Below, piece by piece: positions 49,801-62,200 of a DNA stretch of 64,000 nucleotides; position 1 is the first letter of the stretch, and every line of letters starts with the position of its first letter. Position numbers and translations under genes: made by a program. The stretch is taken from assembly GCA_037379345.1 (NCBI GenBank), contig CM074512.1:58859597-58923596 (forward strand), written 5' to 3'. The notes under the pieces were generated by a model. The model made no database searches, was not told the DNA's origin, and saw only the letters and a list, made by a program, of their open reading frames with translations. Origin of the DNA: Perna viridis. Its lineage: Eukaryota.

Positions 49801-52800
49801 CATGTGTATGTTACCATATAGCAAGTTGTTTAGACGGGTGTAAAATTTGGAGATTTTAAGGCAAAAAGGTATACCAAAAATTTGGTGGTTGACGGATGTT
49901 TAGTGGTGCACAATGTACTGAAGCCAAGAGTAAAAATTTTGAGGAATTTATTTCGGTGTTTTTAGACTGCAAAAATACTGAAAAATTAGCATGCAGCAAA
50001 AAATTATCGCTATGTGGTATCCCATACAGTCAACTAGTAACTAAAATTTTTAACAGATTCGGCACTTATATTCTATACATATTTCATGTTCTTTGTTGTG
50101 TGTGTCTGTTTATCATTCTTTTGATTTCCACTAGAATCTTGGTTCCCTTGATTACTCTTAATTTATTTCAAACAAATTTTCAAGTGTTAAATATGATAAT
50201 AATTAACTGTAAGATGAAACTTTTTCAAACACTCACAGTCATTTTTTCTACATCTTCTTTCACTTCTCCTTCTTTCAAAGCTCTGTATACAATACTGCAA
50301 ATACATTATAGTAAATATCAATGTGTACTCCTAGATCAAACTAACAAAGTCACATATGTAACATGATTTTACAACATAAGAAAGATTCTAATAAACTACA
50401 CAATATAATTTTATTCTGCATTTCAACATGAATGAAGCAACATCATATCAAAATTTAAGAACACCTGATAAACACTTACGTATATGTAGGTTCCCAGATT
50501 CTCCTAAGCCTCTCTGACTTGCTGCCTGTGACTCCCTGTATCAGTAACTTTTGTATAAACCTGAATATACACTGTTTATCTTCTGTAAGGACTACTTCTG
50601 CATCTTCCAACTAAAAAGAATATCATATACCATTTTATCTACTAGTATGATAAGTGTACTGGATATAAGAAAACCTACACTTTGTTTTAAACAAAATGTT
50701 ACCAGCTATTACATAAAAAGAATACCCCAACTCAACCATTTCAGTCAACTTAAGTCATTTTGTAAGCAAGAAGTAGATAAGTTAGAAAACTGAAAAGAAG
50801 AGAAAAGAAGTCATCATGCAAAAGCTATATACCAAATTTCTAAGCATTCTCTCAAAAAAGGAAGAGAAATCTGTACCAGGAAAAAATAAGAAACCAATGT
50901 GATAACAATATAGCACCACTCCAATGACTGGGTATATAATATGGAACAGAACATGCTGAAGTTTACACCATGTTACAAATGGAACAGGAGGTGCTGAAGT
51001 CTACACCATGTTACAAATGGAACAAGAGGTACTGAGGTCTGCACCATGTTACAAATGAACAGGAGGTGCTGAAATTTACACCATGTTACAAATGGAACAG
51101 AAGATGCTGAAGTCTACACCATGTTGCAAATGAAACAAGACATGCTGAAGTCTACAACACGTTACATATGGAACAGGAGATGCTGAAATTTACACCATGT
51201 TAAAAATGGAACAGGATATGCTGAAGTCTACAACATGTTACAAATGGAACAGTAGGTGCTGAAGTTTACACCATGCTACAAATGGAACAGGAGGTGCTGA
51301 AGTCTATACCATGTTACAAATGGGAAAGGAGGTGATGAAGTCTACATTTTGTTACATATGGAACAGGAGGTACTGAAGTCTACACCATGTTACAAATGGA
51401 ACAGGAGGTAATGAAGTCTACACCATTTTACATATAGTACAGGAGATACTGAAGTCAACACCATGTTACATATGGAACAGGAGATTCTGAAGTCTACATC
51501 ATATTAGATATAGTACAGTAGGTGCTGAAGTCTACACCATGTTACATATGGAACAGGTAGAGCTGAAGTCTAATTCTACACTATGTCACATTATTCAACA
51601 TAAAAAAATAAAGAGTTACTTACAAGTTTTTATAAGGACAATGTATTCTCTATCAAGATGAAAAACATATGGTGGAAGTACATTTTATAAGCAGCAGGGT
51701 GGTTACAGGTAAAATTTTCTAAAAATTAAAGTGAATTAATATTTAACTAAATCTTTTAAAAGTAATTCTGTGTAAAATCTAAAGCATACATACCCCTGGC
51801 AAACATGGAGCTTTTATACAAAGGACAAGCTTAGGCTGCTGTACTGGGTAAGAGCTCTCTGGTGAAGGTAGTGGATCCTTGCCTGAAAGTATACATGTAT
51901 AAGTAAAATGATGAAGAAGAAAAAGTTTGTCAGATTTTCAAATCTTGCTGAAAGGGCATCAATATACATAAAAAAGTAGAACTGTTCCAATTTTTTTTTT
52001 CTGATTTTTGTGTGCAGTTTACCTGGTGGTGGAATTTCAAAGTCCTGAGTTTGGTTTACATTTGTTCTACCAGGTCTTGGGTCAAAAGCTGGGATAAGGG
52101 CAGAGAACTGTCTCTTCAATACATATTCATCATCCCAGGTCTTTCTCCTCTCTCCCCTCATTTCCAAATCCTCCTCCTCCTACAAGATATAATGAGTGAA
52201 ATTAGAAGAAGATAGTCCGATCTTTACATCTGGTATGAAATGAAATGGTATGTTTGAAAGACTGGTTATAACTAGTGGACAAGGTCAGGGACCCTTTGCT
52301 AATAATTGATGCAGGTAAGTACACAAAATGATGCACAAAAGTTAGGCTTGGCCCATCTGAAAGATCCTATATTTATGAACATGCAGCAAATTAGTGTATA
52401 AACTGAAAGCTCACACCTTCTTATTCAATTGTACATACTAGGACATCTTCGTATAGTTCATCATCTTCATTTTCCTCATCATTTTCATCATCATCTTCAT
52501 CAGGGACAGGTAGGTCTTCTTCATCTTCCAGCTCTGCCAATAGATTGGTTGGATGACTGGTCTCTAAGAACTCATTATCACTCTCACTGGAGGTAGAGGT
52601 CAGGCTGCGGGTCAAGGCCTGACTCAATGATGTAACATTTGTCATTGTTTGGGTCGTTGTTAATGTGTTTGAGGTGGCTGCACTAGACGATGTTAAGCTT
52701 GGGTAGCTCTGAGCAGTACTCAGAAGGTTGCCTATAAATAAAAAAAAAATACTGTCAAACAGCCAAAGCAAACAGCTAACATGATCTTTGAAGTTTAAAA

Positions 52801-55800
52801 AGATTGTCTATCAATATTCAATTTACAGTAAAACATATTAATTTTCCAAGTTGCTAATTTTTGGGGAATATGTCAAGTGAACATATTAACGGGTTTCAAT
52901 TTTTTTCTAGTTCAAGAAATTATCAGCATTGTATAGAGTTAAAAATTAATTTCTACAGGTTTTATTTTTCAAACTTTCTTGTTTACAGCAAAAATTAACA
53001 CATTTAAAGTAATTCAAGAAATAAAAAAAAATGTTGGATTATCAAAAACATTCATGCCTTACCTATTTAACTTTCCTTTTCTCTAATTAACTAGTAATAT
53101 TTAATATTAAAGTCATTAGAAGTTTGGAGAGTGCACCATCTTACTTTAAGGCAGACCAAATACTTACTGATAGCATTTTGTGAAGCCAATCTAATACTGT
53201 TACTTCTGTTATTCATTCCAACAGTCCCTAAATTTTTCTTGGCAACAGTAGCAAATGACTCCAATAAGCTGACTGTCTGCTCCATGCTGGTTGGCAGGTT
53301 TGGTACACTAACACTCATAGGATTGGTAGGAGAACTCCTAGTTGGTAATTCAGGACGTTTGTTTTCTTTGTTATGATGTGTTGTTGTCACAGAAACCACA
53401 TCTACTGGTGTTCCACCCTCAGCACCTTTGACTTCATCCTCATTATCAGCTTCTAAAAGTGTGGCAAACTCTGACACAGTTACTTCCCCTGATCGGTTGC
53501 TACGGTGAGTGAATAGAGGTATGTTTGAATTATTGTCTTCATCAACACTACCCATTAGCCTGTTAGAGCTGGCAAGATTGACTAAATTGTCACTGAGATT
53601 CTGGGCCATCTGTAAAACAGAAATAACATTTCATTTCATACATATTTACATCAGGAATACACATTTTATGTACAACTAGAAAAGACAGATGCCTCATTCA
53701 AGAAAAAAAAACAGTGAATCATACATTTTTATAGACCTTATTCTAGTAATGATATAGCCTTTATAGCTGATGCAACCTGGCATATATATATCAAAACTTC
53801 ATTTAAATACAGCCTGGATCAAGACTTGTAAACTGGACTTAAAGAACAAATTTCACACAAATTTCAAAGCTATTTCCACTTACGGTGAAACTCTGTTTTT
53901 GGGAATGATGTTAATAAATATGTCCAGCAGAATATATGGGGCTATTCCACACATGACTTACAGATTTAACTTTAGAAGTGAGGTTTTCAGCTGACGCTGC
54001 CTGTCCAGTACTAGATACAGAAGGTTTGGTCTCCTCTACATCTGTCAGACTTGGTGTAGAACTGCTTTTTCTACTAGTTAATACACTGACCTGAAAAACA
54101 CCAATTCTTACTTTAATTAAACCAATAACTCCTTAAGACAAAACAATGGCTGAGTTGTTTAAACAGTTCCTAATATTTAGCTGAGAATCAATTTTCTAAA
54201 TAAAATGGCAGTATATTACCTTGAAAACAATTTACAACTTTTTTTTACTACATGAAGTAACAACTTACTTTAATTTTATCTGAGGCAGATACTCCTGTAG
54301 ATGCTGTAGTTTTGACCTTAACACCTCCTCTGTCCTGTCTTGCAGGTATCTGTCGCAGGTTGTGAGGGTCATGATTAGGTGAAAGTTGAAGGTCATACTT
54401 TCCTTCAGCTCCCATTCTGTAAGAATTAGTACCACCAGCATCCCAGGTAACATCAATCCATCCTACAAAGAAAACATAACCCTTTCATTAATTAATTTGA
54501 GTAACTTCAGACCACATTACATGCGTATTTTAAAACTGCTACGGTATACATGTATTTATTTATTTTTCACACTGTAAGAATCAATTCATTTTTTATCTCA
54601 AATCAGATTTAATTGTTGATAAAGACATTTTGAAGATTTTCAGCATGCCTAACACATTTTTAAAAGCCTTGCCCTCTTCAGTTAGTAAATTCAGGTACTT
54701 ACCATTCCTGAGTTCACTGGTAATGGTACCTTCTCCAGGAGGATTCCCATCCTGGTCCCTCCATTTCCAGTCCATACCCCTCACAGCTCGGGCTCCAGGG
54801 ACCATCTGTTTTAACATCTGAGTCCTGATGATCCTCCTCAACCTCCTCATGTTAGCCTCAGCCTCTTTTGCTGCTTTTCCTAAATGTGAAACAATCAGGT
54901 TTAGCTTTAACAAAACATATCAGAGCTTATTATAAAGCTTTTATAATAAGCTCTGATATGATATACTTTTTTTTAAAATGACAGAAGTATTTTGAGACTT
55001 TTTATTCTGGTCAACCAGGGTCATTAAGCCAAGGAAGAAAGAGATTGACTCTTGAGTAAATAGAACAGAGCAACAAAAACAAAAAAAAAAACAAATTAAT
55101 TATTAACATTTTATGTCTATTTGTTTCACTATTGGAACAAAGCATTTAAGAATATTAAAACCCTATTTTATACCCAAGTCATCACAGACACCAGTAACAG
55201 TGCCATATATCTCCAGTCCAGACAGAGAGAGATAGTGTGTCTGTCCACTGGCATTCTTTCCTGTCTGTTGTATACGGATATGTCTCCAGCCTTGGGCTTC
55301 CTCTGGTGGGTTTAGAACAAATGAGGCTGTAGATCTAAAAATGATCATTAATGACATATGAAAAAATAACATAAAAATAAATTTTTAGGGGAACATAATA
55401 AGGTTTTGTGACACTTGTGTAAACTCTTCAAACTTCTCTCTAAAACAATTTTTCAATTTGTATCTTATTCTTTAAATGAGTTTAACAAAAGAAATTATGT
55501 ATAACCTACATTTGTTAATAACCCTGAATAATTCAAATACCTGTCTATACAAGACACTACTTAACCTCCCTTTAAACCATACCCCTGTCTATACCAAACC
55601 AGTTTTAGAGTCCAAAAGAGGTTCAGTTCAGACAGGTTTCACTGTATAACTCTGATATGAAACAAACAATAATCAATACCCAGGTTCATTCAGTGAAGTG
55701 TCATCTTTATGTTTCTTCAGAGTCAGCCATGTTGTACCATCTTTTGAAACCTGTAACTCCCAGTTTCTTAATGCTGACCTGTAATAGCGAGACATTTATG

Positions 55801-56218
55801 AAATACAAGCCTGCTTTGAAAGAAACACATACTTTCATAAGAGAAGGAGGAGCTGTTTAAATTAATCTTCCATGTTGGTGTCTCCAATTCATACATTTTG
55901 GTGCACTATTAAACACCCCAAGACAAACTTTAATAAAAAAATATATACTTTTGTCTAAAATTCTGAAGCAATTTATCCCAGTAATTGGAAATAAACATAA
56001 TTTTGTAAAAAGCACACAAGACTAACCTGCCATAGCCTCTGGCATGTCTAATGGTATACATGGATGGAATCAACCATACTCCAAGGTCTATAGCAAACCA
56101 AGCTTTCCTGAAACATAACAAATTATAATGGAAATGATCTCATATCAATTTCACAAGCACTTACTACTGAAAAAGAACAGTCAATTAATTTTAGTGACAT
56201 ATTTTATATTCTATTTCT

Positions 56219-56254
<36 letters not shown>

Positions 56255-59200
56255 CCTGTTACCAGGCAATGTTATAGAATCTCTTTACTATATGGAATAA
56301 TTTGTTTCGCAAAAATTACCTGAGATACAGTATAGTTTTGCAAAATAATTACCAACCTTACTTCAAGCTTAAACTGAATATTATTAGCTTTAGAAAATTC
56401 TATATAAACATTTAAGACTTTTTGAGTACTAACTTGTCATCATTAGTATGACAGTTGAGTGCTGCACTATCTCTGCTAAGGATATCCTCTAGTTTACCAT
56501 ACGGAAGGTTTCTACCTTCAGATGATGTAACCACAACCAACCCATAGTGTGCTGGGTTTACCCATTCATAGGCAGTTCTGAAATAAATATATAGATTTAT
56601 ACCAACAGTCAGTAAATTTTGATTCAGTATCATTGGGTAACACTGAATCTCAAAAAATCATTTAAACTATTTTAAGTACTCAGTGTCAAGAAGTTTCTTA
56701 CTTATTTCTAGATTTCTAAGATGAAAGAACTTACTTTGAGTTGGATCCTATCCAGTACATCAATCCATTCTCATCAAAATCACTCTGATATTTAAAGCTG
56801 ATATGTCCAGTACCTTCCTTCAGTTTCTTCACAAATGTAAAGGTTTGTCTGTCATAGTCATACCACTGCTTGGCAACCTAAGATGTAACATAATAATATG
56901 TACTTCTTAGATTTACAATCAAAACAAAGGACAATATAATTTAGTGGGTTTTTTTCATGTAAGAATGTACAGTAACAACATCTTACTTTCAAAATAGGCT
57001 AGATCCTTCATAATGCAGGGGAGAAAAAATAGGCTAGATCCTTCATGATGCAGGGGAGAAAAATTACAGCTTAATGTTACTTAACCATAAATTAATATAT
57101 TTAAGACGTGGTGAAGATATTTTCTAGCAAAATAAAATAAGAGTTAAAGGTGAATGTTAACATGAATTTCAAGTTGATGTGCTCTATTATGAGTAGGATT
57201 TGTACATCAGACATCTATAAAAAAAAAAAAATCATTTTTCCACTAACAAGCTAACAAATCATATAATTAACACAAGTCATAGCAAAATACATACCATTTT
57301 CAACAAATATCTTTCTAAAGCAGCAACATTGGTTAGAGGTTCCATCTTAAGATTACAACCACTTCTATCTAACAGAGTTGTGTCCCCTGATGACCTTTCC
57401 AGTCGGAATCTTATTCTTCTTGTTAAAATCTTAAAACAAAATGAAGAACATCAATCAATATTTGCATTATACTGTCAAATATGAGTCAGGTGTAATCTGT
57501 CAGGACAAAGTTGAATATAAAGATCTATTCTAAAATATTCTAGTCACTTCTTGTCACTAATTAGTGAGACCAGTATTACTTTGGCCAGAAAGTCCTACTC
57601 TTGTGTCATGTCAGAAACAAAAAAAGTTACCTCATTTTAAATATTTATTGAAGACCATTAAGTAAACATATGTTAGTGACGAAAATACAAAAATACAGAA
57701 CTTTGTATGTGAAGCTCCGAAAGATGTGACTTCCTGTCGGACTGAAATCAGGCTCTCAGTACTTGTGAGCTATTTTGCATTAAACACTGTAATGAGGACT
57801 TTGTCCTCTATTAAAATCACTCTTCCATCAACATGAGATATACTCACAAGTAATCTTCTTGTAATACTTTTTAAAAATTATCTAACTCAAGTTTCCTTTA
57901 CCTGCAATCCATAACCAGATCCAGGTAGATCATAACTGTACACAGGTAATTTCTCTACAGATTCCAGAACAGAAATAAGCTTCTTTACTAAAGCAATGGC
58001 TGGGGTCAATCTACATAAAATACAAATGGGTAATGTACAATCTTTTTGCTGCTATGATTAAAAATCATGTTTCACAAACTCTTTTGAAATTTTACTCTAA
58101 TGTTAAAACAATGCATATTACACGCATAATTCACATTTTTAAATATAACTGATTCAAAAATTATCTCACTAAAATATGTTAAAAGAACATCAATCCCAAT
58201 GTCATCATCAAATTAAAAGTATAAAGATAGTCAGGATGTTCAGAGTAAAGGGTATGTCATCCAGCATACACAATTAAAATAAACCATTGACAACTCACTT
58301 TGTTAAGATATATTTCCTGCTATACTGTTATTTCAACATTTCATTTTTTTTTCTCATAATTATGTAACTACGTCACATTAGATTGATTTATACCTCTAAT
58401 ACTAATGTTCCTCTGAATATGTTATATAACAAGTATAAAGCAAGCAGCCTGAAAATGTTAATTATCCATGTAAAAGCTATACTTGTAACTCTAAAACAAT
58501 TTCAGTTTCTCCATTTAAATATCTAAATGAACATTTTTTTTATGCATATATGTTAAAGTTAAGATTCACTGTGAAATATTTATGAAAGGAACATATCACT
58601 ATCTTTAAACAAAGAAAGAAATTCATAAACCAAACCATGCTTTGAATGACAATTAAACTGAAATCCATTTTCATAAAAAATTATCAATACATGTATTCCA
58701 AGCATTGTATGTAAAGCAAAAGCAAAATAGAGTTTTCCAAAGTAGAATAAGCAATAAGGCTTACCCTTCCTCTGACATGCTTCAATTACAAAATTTACAA
58801 ATATAGAATATGTTCCACTTTACTACTACTCAACATGTATTGACAGTTATATGGAATAATTTGATAAGGCAAATATGAGAATGATTATGTAGTGGATAGA
58901 CAGGGGTGAATCTGTGTGTTGTCTTATGGATATTTTCCCCATCATTTTGCTTACTATGATTATATACAAAATGTATATCTAAATAAAAGTATTCTTAATT
59001 CTATAAAAAAAGTCCCATTCATTCTAATGAAATATTTAGAATCTATCATATTAATAACATGTACAATATTTACATAATAAAATACTAGTTTTTCAATTCT
59101 CCTGTGGTAAACAATGTTCTTAAAATAAATATTTTAAAGAACAAAAATCCTGTGTTTTATGTACAAATTGTTAATGTGAGATATTGTCATGCTATTTTAT

Positions 59201-62200
59201 TGTTTTTATCCAACCAACAGTTATTATTATTAAGGATACATACTCTCCTTGATCCTGGAAAATTGTTCTGAAGATATTTATCCTTTCTTTAGTTCTCTTC
59301 TTACTATCTTTACTGTCAGAATCTTCTATTGTCTATAGAATTCAACAAAAAATATTTGATAGTAAAGTTTTATTGGCAACTTCATAACTTATCCAATATC
59401 CATACTGCCTAGTACTTTCTATCTCTGGCTTCTTTAGTAATAATAAAATTTTGGCAATTGCCAATGACAATATTATGCCAAATCCACTGTCTATTATTTT
59501 CTAACAAAAACTTTCAATACTAAAAATAATTGAAAACTCTAAGAGTACTTAACAGATTTGGTTGTGGCTCCTGTAACACTTACATTACTCAGTATATTGA
59601 GCAGTGTCTGTACCAGTCCACTGGAGTGTAACTCATATGAAGATACAGTATGTTCATCCTTCAGCAGGTCTACCAACGACTCTAGTGACTGCCTCATATC
59701 ATCCCTCCAAGTAATTTCACCATCTGGCGACTGAAGACATATAACTTAGTTCTTATATGGTACATATAGGAAAGTAAAAGAACTTGACTTTTTATTTTAG
59801 AAGAATTCAAAGCTAATTTTAAATCTGTCAAAAGTAATACTAAATTTTTTAATAAATCTGTGATTACTTCCTCTGTTTTCCTTATGTTTTCATTTTGTAT
59901 CGATATATGTTTCATACTTGAGTAAAAGATAAAATAACTTTTGACAGTTCTTTTTATTAAGAAGAAAAACATGTATCAAGTTTGAACTACCTTAACTTGG
60001 CTAATTTGTTTGGCACAGGCGGTCTCCAAATGTTGTACAATGACCCTGATCTTAGCTACAACACCTCTTGGCATTGCTTCTGCTGCTCTGAAATACTGCT
60101 CATATATCTCCCTAGCTTGGTTCTTCACCTGTTAATAGACAATACTTATATGAAATTTTCATCAATATGATGAAGTAAAACCAATACAAATGTACATTTA
60201 AAAACATAAACAATTGTTGGTGCTGGGTTCGGCTTCCTATTTCAATATTTTTGATTTTGAGTACTTCTTGCATACAATTTATTCTGGAAGCTTGAACTTC
60301 CTATGTAATTGATTCTAATGCTGCTGATGAGAGGTTACTCCTTGGAACATGTGTATAGCATATCAAAATGGCATGTATGATTCATTAATAAAGAGACATA
60401 GATTTGACCATAGAAATTTAAACATTGCACATAACACGTTCAGTAAACAAGGAAATGGACTGTTGAGAACACAAATGTTACTTTACAGATTATATCTAAG
60501 AGACAGGACTCCATATAAATCAAATTTTAGATGTATGTATTCATGTTATTTATACATGTTATTGCATACCTTCATTTTGACTTCCTCTGTTTTGGATTTG
60601 AATTTTTTGCTTCTCTTTCCTCCCCATCCTGTAGAGAACTCTGCCCCTAAAGAAGTCTCTGCTGTGAAAGAGTGTTTGGTTCCTCTGTTTGATTCAAATA
60701 TAAATCCTGGTACTTCTTCTTTCAAAATAGTTGACTAAAATATAAAGCACAAATTACTTTTCAAAAAACAAAGAAGCAATGTCAAATGTTATTCAACAGA
60801 CAAAGTTTTGTAAACTACTCAAAGTACTGTCAATCAAGTTCTACAATTATGACTTAAAAAAAAACAGGCAATAGATATTACATAAGTACAATACATATAA
60901 TGACAGTTGACACTGTTTGAAAAAATAATTCCATCTCCTGTAAAATGAGTTTATACCTGTTGGCCATCAGCATTATGAATATGCAACTCTCCTTCTTTCT
61001 TGCAAGAGAGTGACCAGTTTCCAATAACCACTTTAGCTGCCGCTGGGTGTGACATGATAGGCTGACTGACAGTTCCACTCTTAATCAGACTACGAGCTCG
61101 CTGGAGCTTCTCTAAGAACTCTCCACGATTCTCTGAACTGTCTGAGCCTCCTTCAGGACTACCACTGGAGTACATTGTGGCCAATTTACTGTCTAGTATG
61201 AACCTGAACCATCCATTACTACCATTGGAGAGTTCAAGAGCTGCAGCATCACTCCACAAATAGAGGCAGTCACGACCTCTGACAATACACCAATCCCTCC
61301 AATGATATGGACGACCTTGGACTATCTCTGAGGCATCTTCAAGGACTGTATCTTCCTCAACCTGTAATTTGAAGTCAAGCATTTTTATACTACTGTCCTT
61401 CTAAAGCTGATTACCTAGTATATACTTAAATACAACAGATTGACAGAAGATGCATTACAACAAGACTTTTAATAAGTTTACTTTGTGCAGGGTTCATACA
61501 CATTTTATACCACAAAATTCAAGGACTTTTTAAGGACTTTTAAGGACATTTTTTAAAGATTTTTAAGGACCCTGATTATCAAATCATCAAGGCTTCTAGG
61601 TGTATTGCTTGAGTTAGCCCTTTCAAGCCAATCACCGTATACAAGCATTTCAAGCCATCAATTTGAGAACTGGCACCTGCCAGGCATGGTTTAAAATTCT
61701 CTCCCTAAGTTCGAAGTACTTTTTTCTCAGATCTGCGAAAACAAATAATCAACACTGTCAATTCAATTTAATAATAAAATGAACAATAAATCAAAAGTGA
61801 TATCGTTCTCTACGAGTAAAATTACACATATGATTGGATTACTTCTATTTACAAAATTCTCAGAACGACCACATAACCAAAACTGCAGCACATTCATAAA
61901 ATAAAAAAAAAAAAAAAAACTAAATTACTACACGCCAGTTTCACAGAAATGGTACAATTTTTAGAACAGGGAAAAAAAAGCTGATTGCCGATATTATAAA
62001 TTTTGTACGTAAACAAAGAGTCTGATGTCCGATGGTCAGGAAATGTTCTGTTCTGCAATTAAAAACACTTTTATATTAATTTGAAAGGATATCAGATTCA
62101 CAAGGACTTTTAAGGACGCCCCGCGCAGGTCCGGGTGTTAAAAGAATAGGCCTGCAGCAGCGCTAAGCTTGTCGTATAAGGCAACTAAATAGTGCTCAGA

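Noticed and set aside
49896-50366. 156-aa plus-strand ORF
   Set aside because: Antisense to a HECTD1 intron/exon and overlapping repeat fragments; no coding features
50941-51590. CRISPR-like 38-bp periodicity
   Set aside because: Head-to-tail units without spacers, in a eukaryotic intron, with no cas genes
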